Part shown: positions 1 through 9,463 of the stretch, one piece after another
Layout: each line of letters starts with the position of its first letter
How positions within the stretch are numbered: the stretch's first letter is position 1
Source: Chitinophaga pinensis
GTDB lineage: Bacteria > Bacteroidota > Bacteroidia > Chitinophagales > UBA10324
Direction: 5' to 3'
Length of the DNA: 64,000 nucleotides
Assembly: GCA_945903305.1 (NCBI GenBank)
Contig: CAMDOA010000007.1
Span: forward strand, 1,027-65,026
Translations under genes and position numbers: made by a program
Notes under the pieces: generated by a model
The model's input: the letters and a program-made list of their open reading frames with translations, nothing else
Database searches by the model: none
What the model was told of the DNA's origin: nothing

Positions 1-449
1 TGCGATGGAAACGGTTTTTTAACTCCGGTGTTTTTATATCCATGTTTTATATACCATTCCATTAATATTCTACGGTCTGTTAAAACCGACATGTAAACGG
101 CAGAACAATTAACTGCTTTTGCTTGTGATTCTGCTTCCTTCATCATTTCTTTTCCCAGGCCTCGGTTCTGTAATTCAGGCTGCACCGTTAACATGCCGAG
201 GTATAACTTGTATCCGTGTTTTTCTAAATGCACACATCCGATAATTTTATTTTCATCATCCAAATATTTTAATAACATGGAATCTTTTTTCTGAATAAAT
301 TCTTTCAATCGTTCTTCATCCACGCGAATTCCATCCAGCAAATCTGCTTCAGTGGTCCAGCCAATTTTTGATGATTCTCCCCGATAAGCTGAGTTGACCA
401 ATTTATTTATTTCCTGCACATCTGAAATTGTAGCCTTTGCTATTTTCAT
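1..449 (-). CDS. GNAT family N-acetyltransferase (C-terminal end runs off the window edge)
   Basis: Absent from the ORF track because it is truncated. Hand translation from the ATG (rc of 447-449) gives MKIAKATISDVQEINKLVNSAYRGESSKIGW... It contains the acetyl-CoA motif VQPELQNRGLGKEMM (Q-x-x-G-x-G). Confidence 0.75.
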   Translation of the reverse strand, partial: MKIAKATISDVQEINKLVNSAYRGESSKIGWTTEADLLDGIRVDEERLKEFIQKKDSMLLKYLDDENKIIGCVHLEKHGYKLYLGMLTVQPELQNRGLGKEMMKEAESQAKAVNCSAVYMSVLTDRRILMEWYIKHGYKNTGVKKPFPS

Positions 450-480
450 TTTATTATCAACTTTCATTTTCATTTTATCG

Positions 481-1101
481 TCAGCTCAATTTTAACAAAT
501 GATACAATTCTGTCTTTTCCATTTCAATCACATCTCCGCTCAACAAGCTATCTGCGGTCAGGTTTTCAATCTTCCATCTGATCAATCGCAAGGTTGGGAA
601 ACCAACTGCGGCAGTCATTTTTCGCACCTGATGATTTTTTCCTTCGGTCAAAGATAACTCAATCCACGAGGTGGGACTATTTTTTCTAAAACGGATGGGT
701 GGAATTCGTTCGGGAACCACGGGTTCCTCCACTAAAAATTTAACTACCGACGATTTTGTTTTGTGTCGTTCTCCTCTCACTTTAATGGCTAAACCGTTTT
801 CTAATTTCTTTAAGGCTTCATCGGTTATTATCCCTTCTACCTGAACAAGATAAGTTCGGGTGTGCGAATTTTTCGGATCCAGTAATTTATTATTCAAAGC
901 CGTATCATTTGTCAGTATTAGTAAACCTTCTGTGTCTTCGTCTAATCTTCCAACCGGATACACATCTTTTGGGAAATCAAAAAATTCTTTTAGCATTCGT
1001 TTACCTTCCGCAGGCGAAAACTGACTTAATACTTTAAACGGTTTGTACAAAACATAATAACTGTATGAATCAATCCGTTGTGCTTTCTTATTTATCATCA
1101 T
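481..1101 (-). CDS. pseudouridine synthase, RsuA/RluE-type (no S4 domain)
   Basis: 206 aa with the catalytic-Asp motif GRLDEDTEGLLILTND and a C-terminal KNHQVRKM block. Confidence 0.85.
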   Translation of the reverse strand: MMINKKAQRIDSYSYYVLYKPFKVLSQFSPAEGKRMLKEFFDFPKDVYPVGRLDEDTEGLLILTNDTALNNKLLDPKNSHTRTYLVQVEGIITDEALKKLENGLAIKVRGERHKTKSSVVKFLVEEPVVPERIPPIRFRKNSPTSWIELSLTEGKNHQVRKMTAAVGFPTLRLIRWKIENLTADSLLSGDVIEMEKTELYHLLKLS

Positions 1102-1174
1102 ATCCTCTGTTAAATTTCAATTTCTAATGTCACATTTATAAAATTACTTTGCCGATCAAATTTTAAACTTCAAA

Positions 1175-2743
1175 ATGAATCACAAAATTTTTAAACTCTC
1201 TTTTTTAGCCTTCGTTTTTTCAGTTCAGTTGGCATTTGCACAATCGGCTCCGCAAAACTGGTTTTTACTTAACCCGACAACTGATGACTACAAAGGTACA
1301 GCCGCTAATTCAGCATACGATAAATTATTACAAGGAAAAACCGGCTCGCAGGTTATTGTTGCTGTAATTGATGGTGGTGTTGATGTTTCACATCCTGATT
1401 TGGGTTCCAATATCTGGATTAACGAAAAGGAGATTGTAGGAAACGGAATTGATGATGATAAAAATGGCTATATAGATGATATTAACGGATGGGATTTTAT
1501 CGGAGGAAAAGATGGCACTGATGTAAATCAGGATAGTTATGAATTAACAAGAGTATATAAAGATTTGAAAAAAAAGTATGAAGGTGGAAATTCAACCGGA
1601 AATAATAATGAATATGAGTATTTTCTGAAGGTAGAAAAAGCTTTCAAAGAAAAAATGGAAGAAGGAAAACAAAACCTTGAATTTTTTGATAACCTATGTA
1701 CATCCGTTGATGCCATGGTTAAAGATTTAGGTAAGAACCCCATTTCACCAGAAGATTTAAAAAACTACAATCCGACTGACAATAAATTGTTAATGGCAAA
1801 AATGTTTTTGAATGTGTATGCCCAGCAAATGGGAACAACGGATTATCAAAAAGTGATGGATGATTTGCAGGAAGGAAAAAAACAGTTTGAAAGCATGGTG
1901 AACTATGGTTACAATGTCGATTTTGATCCACGGAATATTGTTGGTGATAATTATCAGGATGCCAGTGAAAAAGGTTATGGAAACAATGAAGTAAAAGGCC
2001 CGGATGGTTTGCATGGTACGCATGTATCCGGAATTATAGGTGCAATTAGAAATAATAATTTAGGAATGGATGGGGTTGGAACCAATATTAAAATTATGGC
2101 CATTCGTTGCGTGCCCGATGGCGATGAGCGCGATAAAGATGTGGCGAATGCTATTCGTTATGCAGCAGATAACGGAGCAAAAATTATTAACATGAGTTTC
2201 GGAAAGGGTTTTGGCTACAATAAAGCTGCAGTTGATGAGGCCGTGAAATATGCAGTATCAAAAGATGTGTTGCTTGTGCATGCAGCAGGTAATGATGGAA
2301 AGAACAACGACAACTCCGATAATTTTCCGAATGATAAATATGCTGATGGTTCGGGCTATGCAGCATCGTGGATTGAAGTAGGAGCCAGCGGACCTGATGG
2401 AAGTGCTGCGCCATTTTCAAATTATGGTAAGTCGAGTGTCGATATTTTTTCGCCTGGCGAAGAAATTTATTCTACTGTTCCCGATGGAAAGTATATGAAT
2501 GAACAAGGTACCAGCATGGCATCACCTGTTTGCGCTGGAGTAGCAGCTATTATCCGTTCGTATTTTCCGAATTTAACAGCAGAACAGGTGAAACAGATTT
2601 TGCTTTCATCTGTTTACAAACCAAAAGCTAAATTTGTTTTACCGGGCACTGATAAAAAGAAAACCGGGTATAAAAAAATATGTGTCAGCGGAGGCATTGT
2701 AAATACTTACAATGCGGTACAAGCAGCCATAAATTACAAATAG
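1175..2743 (+). CDS. secreted subtilisin-like serine peptidase (S8 family)
   Basis: Signal peptide present. Asp/His/Ser triad contexts are VAVIDGGVD, HGTHVSGIIG and GTSMASPVCAG. Confidence 0.9.
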   Translation: MNHKIFKLSFLAFVFSVQLAFAQSAPQNWFLLNPTTDDYKGTAANSAYDKLLQGKTGSQVIVAVIDGGVDVSHPDLGSNIWINEKEIVGNGIDDDKNGYIDDINGWDFIGGKDGTDVNQDSYELTRVYKDLKKKYEGGNSTGNNNEYEYFLKVEKAFKEKMEEGKQNLEFFDNLCTSVDAMVKDLGKNPISPEDLKNYNPTDNKLLMAKMFLNVYAQQMGTTDYQKVMDDLQEGKKQFESMVNYGYNVDFDPRNIVGDNYQDASEKGYGNNEVKGPDGLHGTHVSGIIGAIRNNNLGMDGVGTNIKIMAIRCVPDGDERDKDVANAIRYAADNGAKIINMSFGKGFGYNKAAVDEAVKYAVSKDVLLVHAAGNDGKNNDNSDNFPNDKYADGSGYAASWIEVGASGPDGSAAPFSNYGKSSVDIFSPGEEIYSTVPDGKYMNEQGTSMASPVCAGVAAIIRSYFPNLTAEQVKQILLSSVYKPKAKFVLPGTDKKKTGYKKICVSGGIVNTYNAVQAAINYK

Positions 2744-2761
2744 TTAAATCAGAAAATCCGG

Positions 2762-5700
2762 TTATTGTTTATTCGGATTTATTTCTTTTTTACCTGATTC
2801 AATAAATTGCATGCGCGAAACAAAAGTGTTCTTTTTGTTTTCGCTGGCAACAGTGTATTGATATATTTTTCCATCATCAGTTTTTGTTCTTCGCTTTTCG
2901 GGGTCAATGGCATTCAGTTCAATCATCCAGGTTCTATCACCACTTAGTATTTGCATATTATTATTTTGATAGAAAAAATAATAATATTTATCATCATCAC
3001 CGGGGATATATAAATTCATGTAATCACCACTTTTTTTATAGCCGATTTCAAGGTAAGCCCCTTGAATTACACGGTTAATGGCGGTAGGGCCGATATAGGA
3101 TATTCCGATAGGCCCTTTCGAATAAAATGAACGGGTTTCTTTATCCCAGACTAAATGTAAATCGGTAAAGAAAATGGTGTATTTAAATTCTTCTGGTTTT
3201 TTAAAGGTTCCATCCTTGTTCATTTGCTCGTTAAATTTTTTATCATTTTTAGGTGAAATAAATTCTGGTATATTTTTATTAAAATCGTCGCTGAAATAAT
3301 CAATATCTTCCTGACTGAAATTATTTGCAAGCACTGTTTTTCCCATCATTTCAAGCAGGTTTTCTTTTATTTCAAATTGTAAACCCATCAGTAATGTGAA
3401 CTTGTATTCGTTTTTAATAAGATCAGTATTTATATATCCGCCTGCCTGCACATCCACCAATCCGAAATTTAAACCCATATCCATTTTCCCTTCAGCATAA
3501 ACTTTTGCGGTGGCATCATTGTACTTGATAAAATTTCCACGCGCAGTTTCATTCAAAATTTTGTCGGCATTGCCTGCTAAAAATTCTTTCTTGGTTTCGT
3601 CGTAATACACAATTCCATTAGCAAGAAAAAGATTGCGGTCCTTACTTGTTTTTTTTGCCTGAAAAAATGCAGTATATAAATCAGATGAATCGGCTCCGAA
3701 AACAATTCCAACCGTTGCGGGTTTGTGATTTAAATCTTCCGGATCCTGATAATAAATTAATGAAGAATCAGAGGTGAAATTATTGTTGATGCTGAACCAC
3801 TCCGCCCGAACATTCGGGTTATTTAATTGCAACTTGGCATAGCCGGAAAAATTAAGCGGCTCCTCGATGGATTTAATATTTACCAGTCCACGATAATAAA
3901 TTTTTGGAATCAGTTGAAATTTTTGTGAAGTATCAATCGTGGTTTTTGCATAAGTGCGTAAATTTTTTGTACTGTCTTTATAAACTCCGATGTCGGTGAA
4001 ATTTATTTTTTGCTTATTGCCGTTTTTACCTACAAAACTATAATCACCGCTTGCTTTATAACTCTGCTTGCCATAAACATTTGCTGTTACATTAAAAAAA
4101 CTATGAAACTCATTTATTGTATCGGTTATAATTTTTGCTTTAACCAGCGTGCGCATTTTTGCTTCCGGTTCAACCACCACTTTTCCGCTGTCGGGAAAAA
4201 TTTTAGCATCAACCACACTGATGTATGGAACATCACTCACTTTTAATATAAAATCGGTCAGCGAATAATTAGCTGAACTTCCTGTAAAAGTGAGTAAATC
4301 CTGATCGGGATGAATACTGGTAAATTCGGCTTCAGTACCTGCGGGTGCAATAAATTTTAAATTCTTTTTTGCCATGTCCCATTTAAATTCATTCATGGAT
4401 GTTCGGTACTGATTGTATGGAAGTTCGGTAGCAATATCATCAGTATTTGATTTAAACTCACCAATCTGTTTATCAAAATCAATGTTTGCATTTACATTTT
4501 TGGTGGTAAGAGCAAATTTTTTCGGGTCAATGGATTTAATAACAAAATCAGAAGTATCAGCGGCCATTTTATTTTTTCCGAAACTTATGTCGCCCGACTT
4601 CAATGTGGCATCAGCCCAATCAACTGTTCCGCTTCCTTTTAATCCATTAGGTGTTAGTACAAGTGTGCCGGTCATATCGGTTTCTTTACCAAACATTTTA
4701 AATGGAATGGAATCAACGCTAACCATCATACTATCTGAATAGGGTTTCCATAAAACTTTTACTTCACGACCTTCCACGGTCGGGTATTCAACTCCACCAT
4801 AAGTTGAAGCTTTCATATCAAACAATTTCGCTGTCGCTTTAGTTGAATCTGGAAAAAATATAATGTTATCACTTTGTGTTACAGATGGTAAATAATTAAT
4901 CTGTCCTTTTCCAAGTAAACCTTTATTATCTAACGAAATAGTATTTGTATAATTTCCTTTTCCGCCATACATGGGCAGTACAGTTCTTTTGGTTATAAAT
5001 CCAAGCGACAAATCTTTTTGTATTCCGATTGGCTGAACGATATCAGGAAAAATTCCGGCAGAAACTAATTTCCCTTTGAACTCAACCTTTGAGGGTATAA
5101 AGGCATTTAAACTATCGAAAACAAAAGGATCTAATTGATAATAAAATTTATTTTTTTCATAAACATTTTTTTGTGCTGAAGGCCTCTCATAAAAAACAAA
5201 GGAATGATCGGTTGATTTTAAAGATGGAAAGGCCCAGGTTCTAACCTTACCGCTTTTATTAAACTTGCTGTCAATTTGTAGTTCACCAGTTAGTCGTTCA
5301 ATAAAACTATGGATGGGCACAAGAATGGGTGCGCCGGTTTTATCGCGTTGGCCGCTTGGCAAATTAATAAGCATACTGTCAACAGTGGTTAAGTTTAGTT
5401 TCCAGTCGTCGTATTGCAATCCGAATCCTTTACCGTACATATCCACCCTGCCAGCAAATAATTTTCCATCGAAATCCAAATCGCGGTTTTTCTTTTCAAT
5501 TAAACTATCGTTACGGGGAAAAATGACCACGAAATTTGAATCGCTGATCAGCACGCTTTTTACACCTTTGATATTCATGTTATAACTTCCTAAATCAATT
5601 TGCGCATTCGTGTTTCCTTTTGGGGTCGAAAGAATTTTAATATCGTCGTAATCCATTCTTTTCTGATCCGATAAAACATAGTTGATTGTTTTTTGCCGAA

Positions 5701-7222
5701 CAGTTACTAGTTCTTTTGCTTCGTCGTAATAAATAAATCCATCTTCCACTAATTTATAAAGTGTTCGCCTGATAGTTTCGGAGTTATAGGAAGGAGAAAT
5801 AAATTTGGCTAATTCCTCAGTATAAATTTCTTTGGTATTATTTTTTTCAGTGTATTTTTTTATTTGATTAATAATATTAAAGTCAGCAACATTCTGATAT
5901 TTATCTAACCGTCCTTTTTCAAAATAATTAACCGATTCGTAACTCGATTCGCCTGAAGCAGCACCCTGAATTTCACTCATCCTGATGGTGGGTTCATCTA
6001 ATCGCCAGTAAACCGCATCGGCAAAAATTTCATTTTGATGATAGGAGTCAAAAAACGGAGAGCGGGCAATACCATCCTTGCCTCTTTCTAAAACAAGCTG
6101 CTTGGTGCTCACGCGATATTTTAAAGTGACACCTGAATGATAGATGGAGTCTTTGCCGAGATATATTTTTATTTCAGCAGCAGGAGAATAAATATCTTCA
6201 AATTTTTTAATTACAAATGTGTTTGCATAAGCCCGAACACCAATTACCTGATCATATCGTTTTAGCTCCAACATAGCCTTCGCATCTTTAACACCACTGC
6301 AACTCAGTTTGCTTCCCTGAATAGAAATGGCACCGCGCAAAGCCGCATTGTCGGCTACATTATCAATTAAAATATTATGGTCGTAAGTTATAAAGCGTGG
6401 ATAGCTACTGTTTTCAGGTGTATTGTTGGCTAAAAGTTTATCCTGAAACTGACCTTGTAATTCTTTTTTTAAAAAAGGTGAATAGGTTATGTAAGCCGAT
6501 TCAACTGTGTATTCACTTTTGTCTAAATCAATTTTGTATCCATTAAAACGCGCAAACACCTGCGATCCATCTAATCCGGCACGCGACCAGTCAACCATAC
6601 CTTTTGTTCCAATCCACATTTTATCAATCGGATAAAATTTACCCGAAGTGTTATGAATAATAATGGTATCGCCATTTGTAATGCCTAACAATTCAGTACT
6701 GCTGATAATAGCCACCGGAATTTGATCAATAAAATCAAGCGTGAAATCTGATGCGGTTATTTTCCATATTCTTCCCGGTGCAATGTTTAGCGCGTTTTCA
6801 TTGAAAATAGATCGGCTGAAATCAATGTATTCCTGAAAAGCTTTGTTATTGCCTTTTGGTAAATTTTTTACTAATTGTGTAAGCGTGCTGCTCCATTCAT
6901 CAAAAGTGTTTGACGAAATTTTTCCGCCCGCATAAGCATTCACTGCTATAACAAAATCGCGGAAGTAGGGCATCACCAGCATTTTTCTTGTGCGCATTAA
7001 ATTGGCTATTTCAATCATGCTGTTTTGCTGCGAGCCATTTAATTTTAACCACGAAGTTTCAAAATCTTTTGCAGCCTCTACACAATCCGGCTGCTTGGTG
7101 CTGTTCAGCAAATTCATTAATTCTTTTTGAAAGTTCGACGCTTCAAATGCTTTGTCAGATTGTGCGATTGAAATGGTTGTTAAAAAAATTAAGCAGAAAA
7201 AAATTCGAAAAAATAATTTCAT
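2762..7222 (-). CDS. very large (1486 aa) secreted protein of unknown function
   Basis: Uninterrupted 4.4-kb ORF with an N-terminal signal peptide (LTTISIAQS). The ATG overlaps the prmA stop (ATGA). I recognise no catalytic motif. Confidence 0.8.
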   Translation of the reverse strand: MKLFFRIFFCLIFLTTISIAQSDKAFEASNFQKELMNLLNSTKQPDCVEAAKDFETSWLKLNGSQQNSMIEIANLMRTRKMLVMPYFRDFVIAVNAYAGGKISSNTFDEWSSTLTQLVKNLPKGNNKAFQEYIDFSRSIFNENALNIAPGRIWKITASDFTLDFIDQIPVAIISSTELLGITNGDTIIIHNTSGKFYPIDKMWIGTKGMVDWSRAGLDGSQVFARFNGYKIDLDKSEYTVESAYITYSPFLKKELQGQFQDKLLANNTPENSSYPRFITYDHNILIDNVADNAALRGAISIQGSKLSCSGVKDAKAMLELKRYDQVIGVRAYANTFVIKKFEDIYSPAAEIKIYLGKDSIYHSGVTLKYRVSTKQLVLERGKDGIARSPFFDSYHQNEIFADAVYWRLDEPTIRMSEIQGAASGESSYESVNYFEKGRLDKYQNVADFNIINQIKKYTEKNNTKEIYTEELAKFISPSYNSETIRRTLYKLVEDGFIYYDEAKELVTVRQKTINYVLSDQKRMDYDDIKILSTPKGNTNAQIDLGSYNMNIKGVKSVLISDSNFVVIFPRNDSLIEKKNRDLDFDGKLFAGRVDMYGKGFGLQYDDWKLNLTTVDSMLINLPSGQRDKTGAPILVPIHSFIERLTGELQIDSKFNKSGKVRTWAFPSLKSTDHSFVFYERPSAQKNVYEKNKFYYQLDPFVFDSLNAFIPSKVEFKGKLVSAGIFPDIVQPIGIQKDLSLGFITKRTVLPMYGGKGNYTNTISLDNKGLLGKGQINYLPSVTQSDNIIFFPDSTKATAKLFDMKASTYGGVEYPTVEGREVKVLWKPYSDSMMVSVDSIPFKMFGKETDMTGTLVLTPNGLKGSGTVDWADATLKSGDISFGKNKMAADTSDFVIKSIDPKKFALTTKNVNANIDFDKQIGEFKSNTDDIATELPYNQYRTSMNEFKWDMAKKNLKFIAPAGTEAEFTSIHPDQDLLTFTGSSANYSLTDFILKVSDVPYISVVDAKIFPDSGKVVVEPEAKMRTLVKAKIITDTINEFHSFFNVTANVYGKQSYKASGDYSFVGKNGNKQKINFTDIGVYKDSTKNLRTYAKTTIDTSQKFQLIPKIYYRGLVNIKSIEEPLNFSGYAKLQLNNPNVRAEWFSINNNFTSDSSLIYYQDPEDLNHKPATVGIVFGADSSDLYTAFFQAKKTSKDRNLFLANGIVYYDETKKEFLAGNADKILNETARGNFIKYNDATAKVYAEGKMDMGLNFGLVDVQAGGYINTDLIKNEYKFTLLMGLQFEIKENLLEMMGKTVLANNFSQEDIDYFSDDFNKNIPEFISPKNDKKFNEQMNKDGTFKKPEEFKYTIFFTDLHLVWDKETRSFYSKGPIGISYIGPTAINRVIQGAYLEIGYKKSGDYMNLYIPGDDDKYYYFFYQNNNMQILSGDRTWMIELNAIDPEKRRTKTDDGKIYQYTVASENKKNTFVSRMQFIESGKKEINPNKQ

Positions 7223-8055
7223 GAATTCGTTGTGTGTTTTTTAAATTGTATGGCCATCCAGTTTTCCCGGAATTTCCGGTCAATAAATTTCAAATTTAAT
7301 TTTTCCGCTGCTTGCGTTATCAACTTTTCGTCGTCGGTAAGAAAGCCGCTGCAAAATAAAATTCCATCTGGTTTCAGGTTTTGTGAAATGGAATTGAAAA
7401 ATTCAAGTATTACTGTTCGGTTAATATTTGCAAGAATCAGGTCAAATTTATTATCCGAATCAGGGGGCATACTTGATAACTCAGCGATGCACCTGGTTGC
7501 ATTATTTCGTTCAAAATTTTCGTTCATATTATTAAATGCCCACTCTTCATGGTCAATGGCCAGTATTTCAGCAGCACCTGATTTTTCTGCCAGAATAGAA
7601 AGTATACCGGTGCCGGCACCAAAATCAAAAACAATGGAATCAACAAACAGGGATTTGTTTTCGAGCATAAATTCAATCATCATGTGAGTGGTGGCATGGT
7701 GGCCTGTACCAAACGACATTTTAGGGTCAATAATTATTTCTATCGGATATTTTTTTTCAACATGATGAAAAGTGGTTTTGATTAATACCTCATCATTAAT
7801 TTCAATGGGCAATATTTTACTTTCCCATTCTTCATTCCAGTTTTTGTCCGGAATACTTTCAGGAGATGGAATATTTATGCCCAATAATTTGAATTGATAA
7901 ATTAATTCAGGGGTCATATTTTTTTCAGAATCAGTATAAGCAATCAATAATTTTTCTTCTTCCTGAAATCCATTAAAATTATTTTTTGAAAGAACGGCAA
8001 TTAAAATTTCCGCCTGTGCTGAATTACATGCAATTGAATACGAAAAGCAAATCAT
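7219..8055 (-). CDS. prmA: ribosomal protein L11 methyltransferase
   Basis: 278 aa with FGTGHHATT and the SAM-binding motif DFGAGTGILS. Length is typical of PrmA. Confidence 0.9.
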   Translation of the reverse strand: MICFSYSIACNSAQAEILIAVLSKNNFNGFQEEEKLLIAYTDSEKNMTPELIYQFKLLGINIPSPESIPDKNWNEEWESKILPIEINDEVLIKTTFHHVEKKYPIEIIIDPKMSFGTGHHATTHMMIEFMLENKSLFVDSIVFDFGAGTGILSILAEKSGAAEILAIDHEEWAFNNMNENFERNNATRCIAELSSMPPDSDNKFDLILANINRTVILEFFNSISQNLKPDGILFCSGFLTDDEKLITQAAEKLNLKFIDRKFRENWMAIQFKKHTTNS

Positions 8056-8385
8056 TTTTATTAAGTGTTATTTCTGAAATTGGGTATTCATTAAAATTTT
8101 ATTCGAAGGCAATGAAGCAAAAACCTGACTTCAAATAGAAGACTTTTGAATGCATAATTTATATCGATACAAATTTAATTATGAGTAGGAGGGATGTGGG
8201 TTCCAAAAGGGTGCAATTGAAACTCAGTTGTAGAGTAGCATTAAATTTTATTTAACGAAAATTAGACAGGTCGGTTTGGAGTAAATAAGTTTAAATTAAA
8301 ATGAGAAAGGAAGCTCGGCACAAAAAAAATATTTTCATAAACAGGTTTTTGATGATTTTATTTGCAAATACAACAACTAAAAAAT

Positions 8386-8895
8386 ATGAGCGACCCGATT
8401 AACAGTTTACAAAACGACGAACTATTCTTTGAGGCTGACGGGCAAATTGCGCAGGGAAAAATAAGTGAAGCACTCTCCACACTCGAAGCCATTTTACTGG
8501 AAGACCCGACCTATGGAAAAGCATACAATCACATGGGTTGGATTTATGAAACCAAATTCAAAGACTATACAAATGCTGAAGAGTTTTATAAAAAATGCTA
8601 TGCTTATTCACCGGATTATCCGGCTATTTACACCAACCTATCCATTATGCTTTCAACGCTTGGCAAGTATGATGAACTGGAAAGTTTTATAAAAAAAGGA
8701 TTGGAGGTAGCAGGAACTGATAAAGCTGCATTGTATAATGAATATGCAATCATGTTTGAACTGAAAGGTGATTACAATAAAGCGATTGAGCAATTTAAAA
8801 ATGCTGTTCGCTATTCGCTGAACGATGTGAATGTTGAAACCTATTCAAAATCAATTGCCCGTTGTAAAAAGAAAATGGAATTGCTGGGCGAATAA
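8386..8895 (+). CDS. TPR-repeat protein
   Basis: TPR-like Y/A-rich repeats (GKAYNHMGWIYE, AEEFYKKCYAYSPDY, ALYNEYAIMFELKGDYNKAIEQF). The ORF-track start at 8362 is TTG; the in-frame ATG at 8386 is preferred. Confidence 0.7.
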   Translation: MSDPINSLQNDELFFEADGQIAQGKISEALSTLEAILLEDPTYGKAYNHMGWIYETKFKDYTNAEEFYKKCYAYSPDYPAIYTNLSIMLSTLGKYDELESFIKKGLEVAGTDKAALYNEYAIMFELKGDYNKAIEQFKNAVRYSLNDVNVETYSKSIARCKKKMELLGE

Positions 8896-8950
8896 AAAAA
8901 ACGATCCGATCTAAAATCACATCGGTCTTTAACAAAAAATAAATTCAGTT

Positions 8951-9373
8951 CTATAATTCTTCCAGCGTTGTAATGGTTGCTGCATTCACAACATCAGTGG
9001 CCGTAAGTTTTTTCTTATCTGTAAATTCAATATGAAAACTTCCGGCGGTTAACAGAGAATCAGAAGGTGTGATTGATAAAACATCATCTTTTACCAACCA
9101 TGTATAATTGGCTGATACAGAAATCGGAAATCCAAACAGATTATAGGAAATAGTATAAACTCCGTTACAAGGTTCATCCTTTTTTTTACAATCGCTGAAC
9201 TGATACTGAACAGTAGTTCCGGCTGCAATGGCAGCATTTATCGTTGAATCAGTTGAGGTAACTACTTTCCATGTGCCCGATAAATTCTTTCTGATTTTAT
9301 TTTCCTTACTACAGGCTGCAAAAAGCACAATCATTATTAATAATGCTGAGGCTGTTTTTAAAATGTTCTTCAT
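8951..9373 (-). CDS. small lipoprotein, lipocalin-like
   Basis: The internal ATG at 9371-9373 yields MKNILKTASALLIMIVLFAAC, a lipobox followed by SGTWKVV. The longer track start at 9427 lacks a signal peptide. Confidence 0.6.
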   Translation of the reverse strand: MKNILKTASALLIMIVLFAACSKENKIRKNLSGTWKVVTSTDSTINAAIAAGTTVQYQFSDCKKKDEPCNGVYTISYNLFGFPISVSANYTWLVKDDVLSITPSDSLLTAGSFHIEFTDKKKLTATDVVNAATITTLEEL

Positions 9374-9463
9374 TAATTTTTTTGTTTGATGCAAGATTAA
9401 TTGCATTGCTGAATAGTTGCATTTCAAAGGAATGAAATTTATTCACGCCACTTTCAAAATATT

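Noticed and set aside
7232-7687. Long antisense ORFs inside conserved genes. Examples: 7232..7687 in prmA, 12773..13234 in dnaE2, 27210..27569 in the SPFH gene, 34178..34594 in folD, 36083..36418 in lepA.
   Set aside because: They lie opposite strongly supported CDSs, have odd composition and carry no recognisable motifs. They are typical shadow ORFs.
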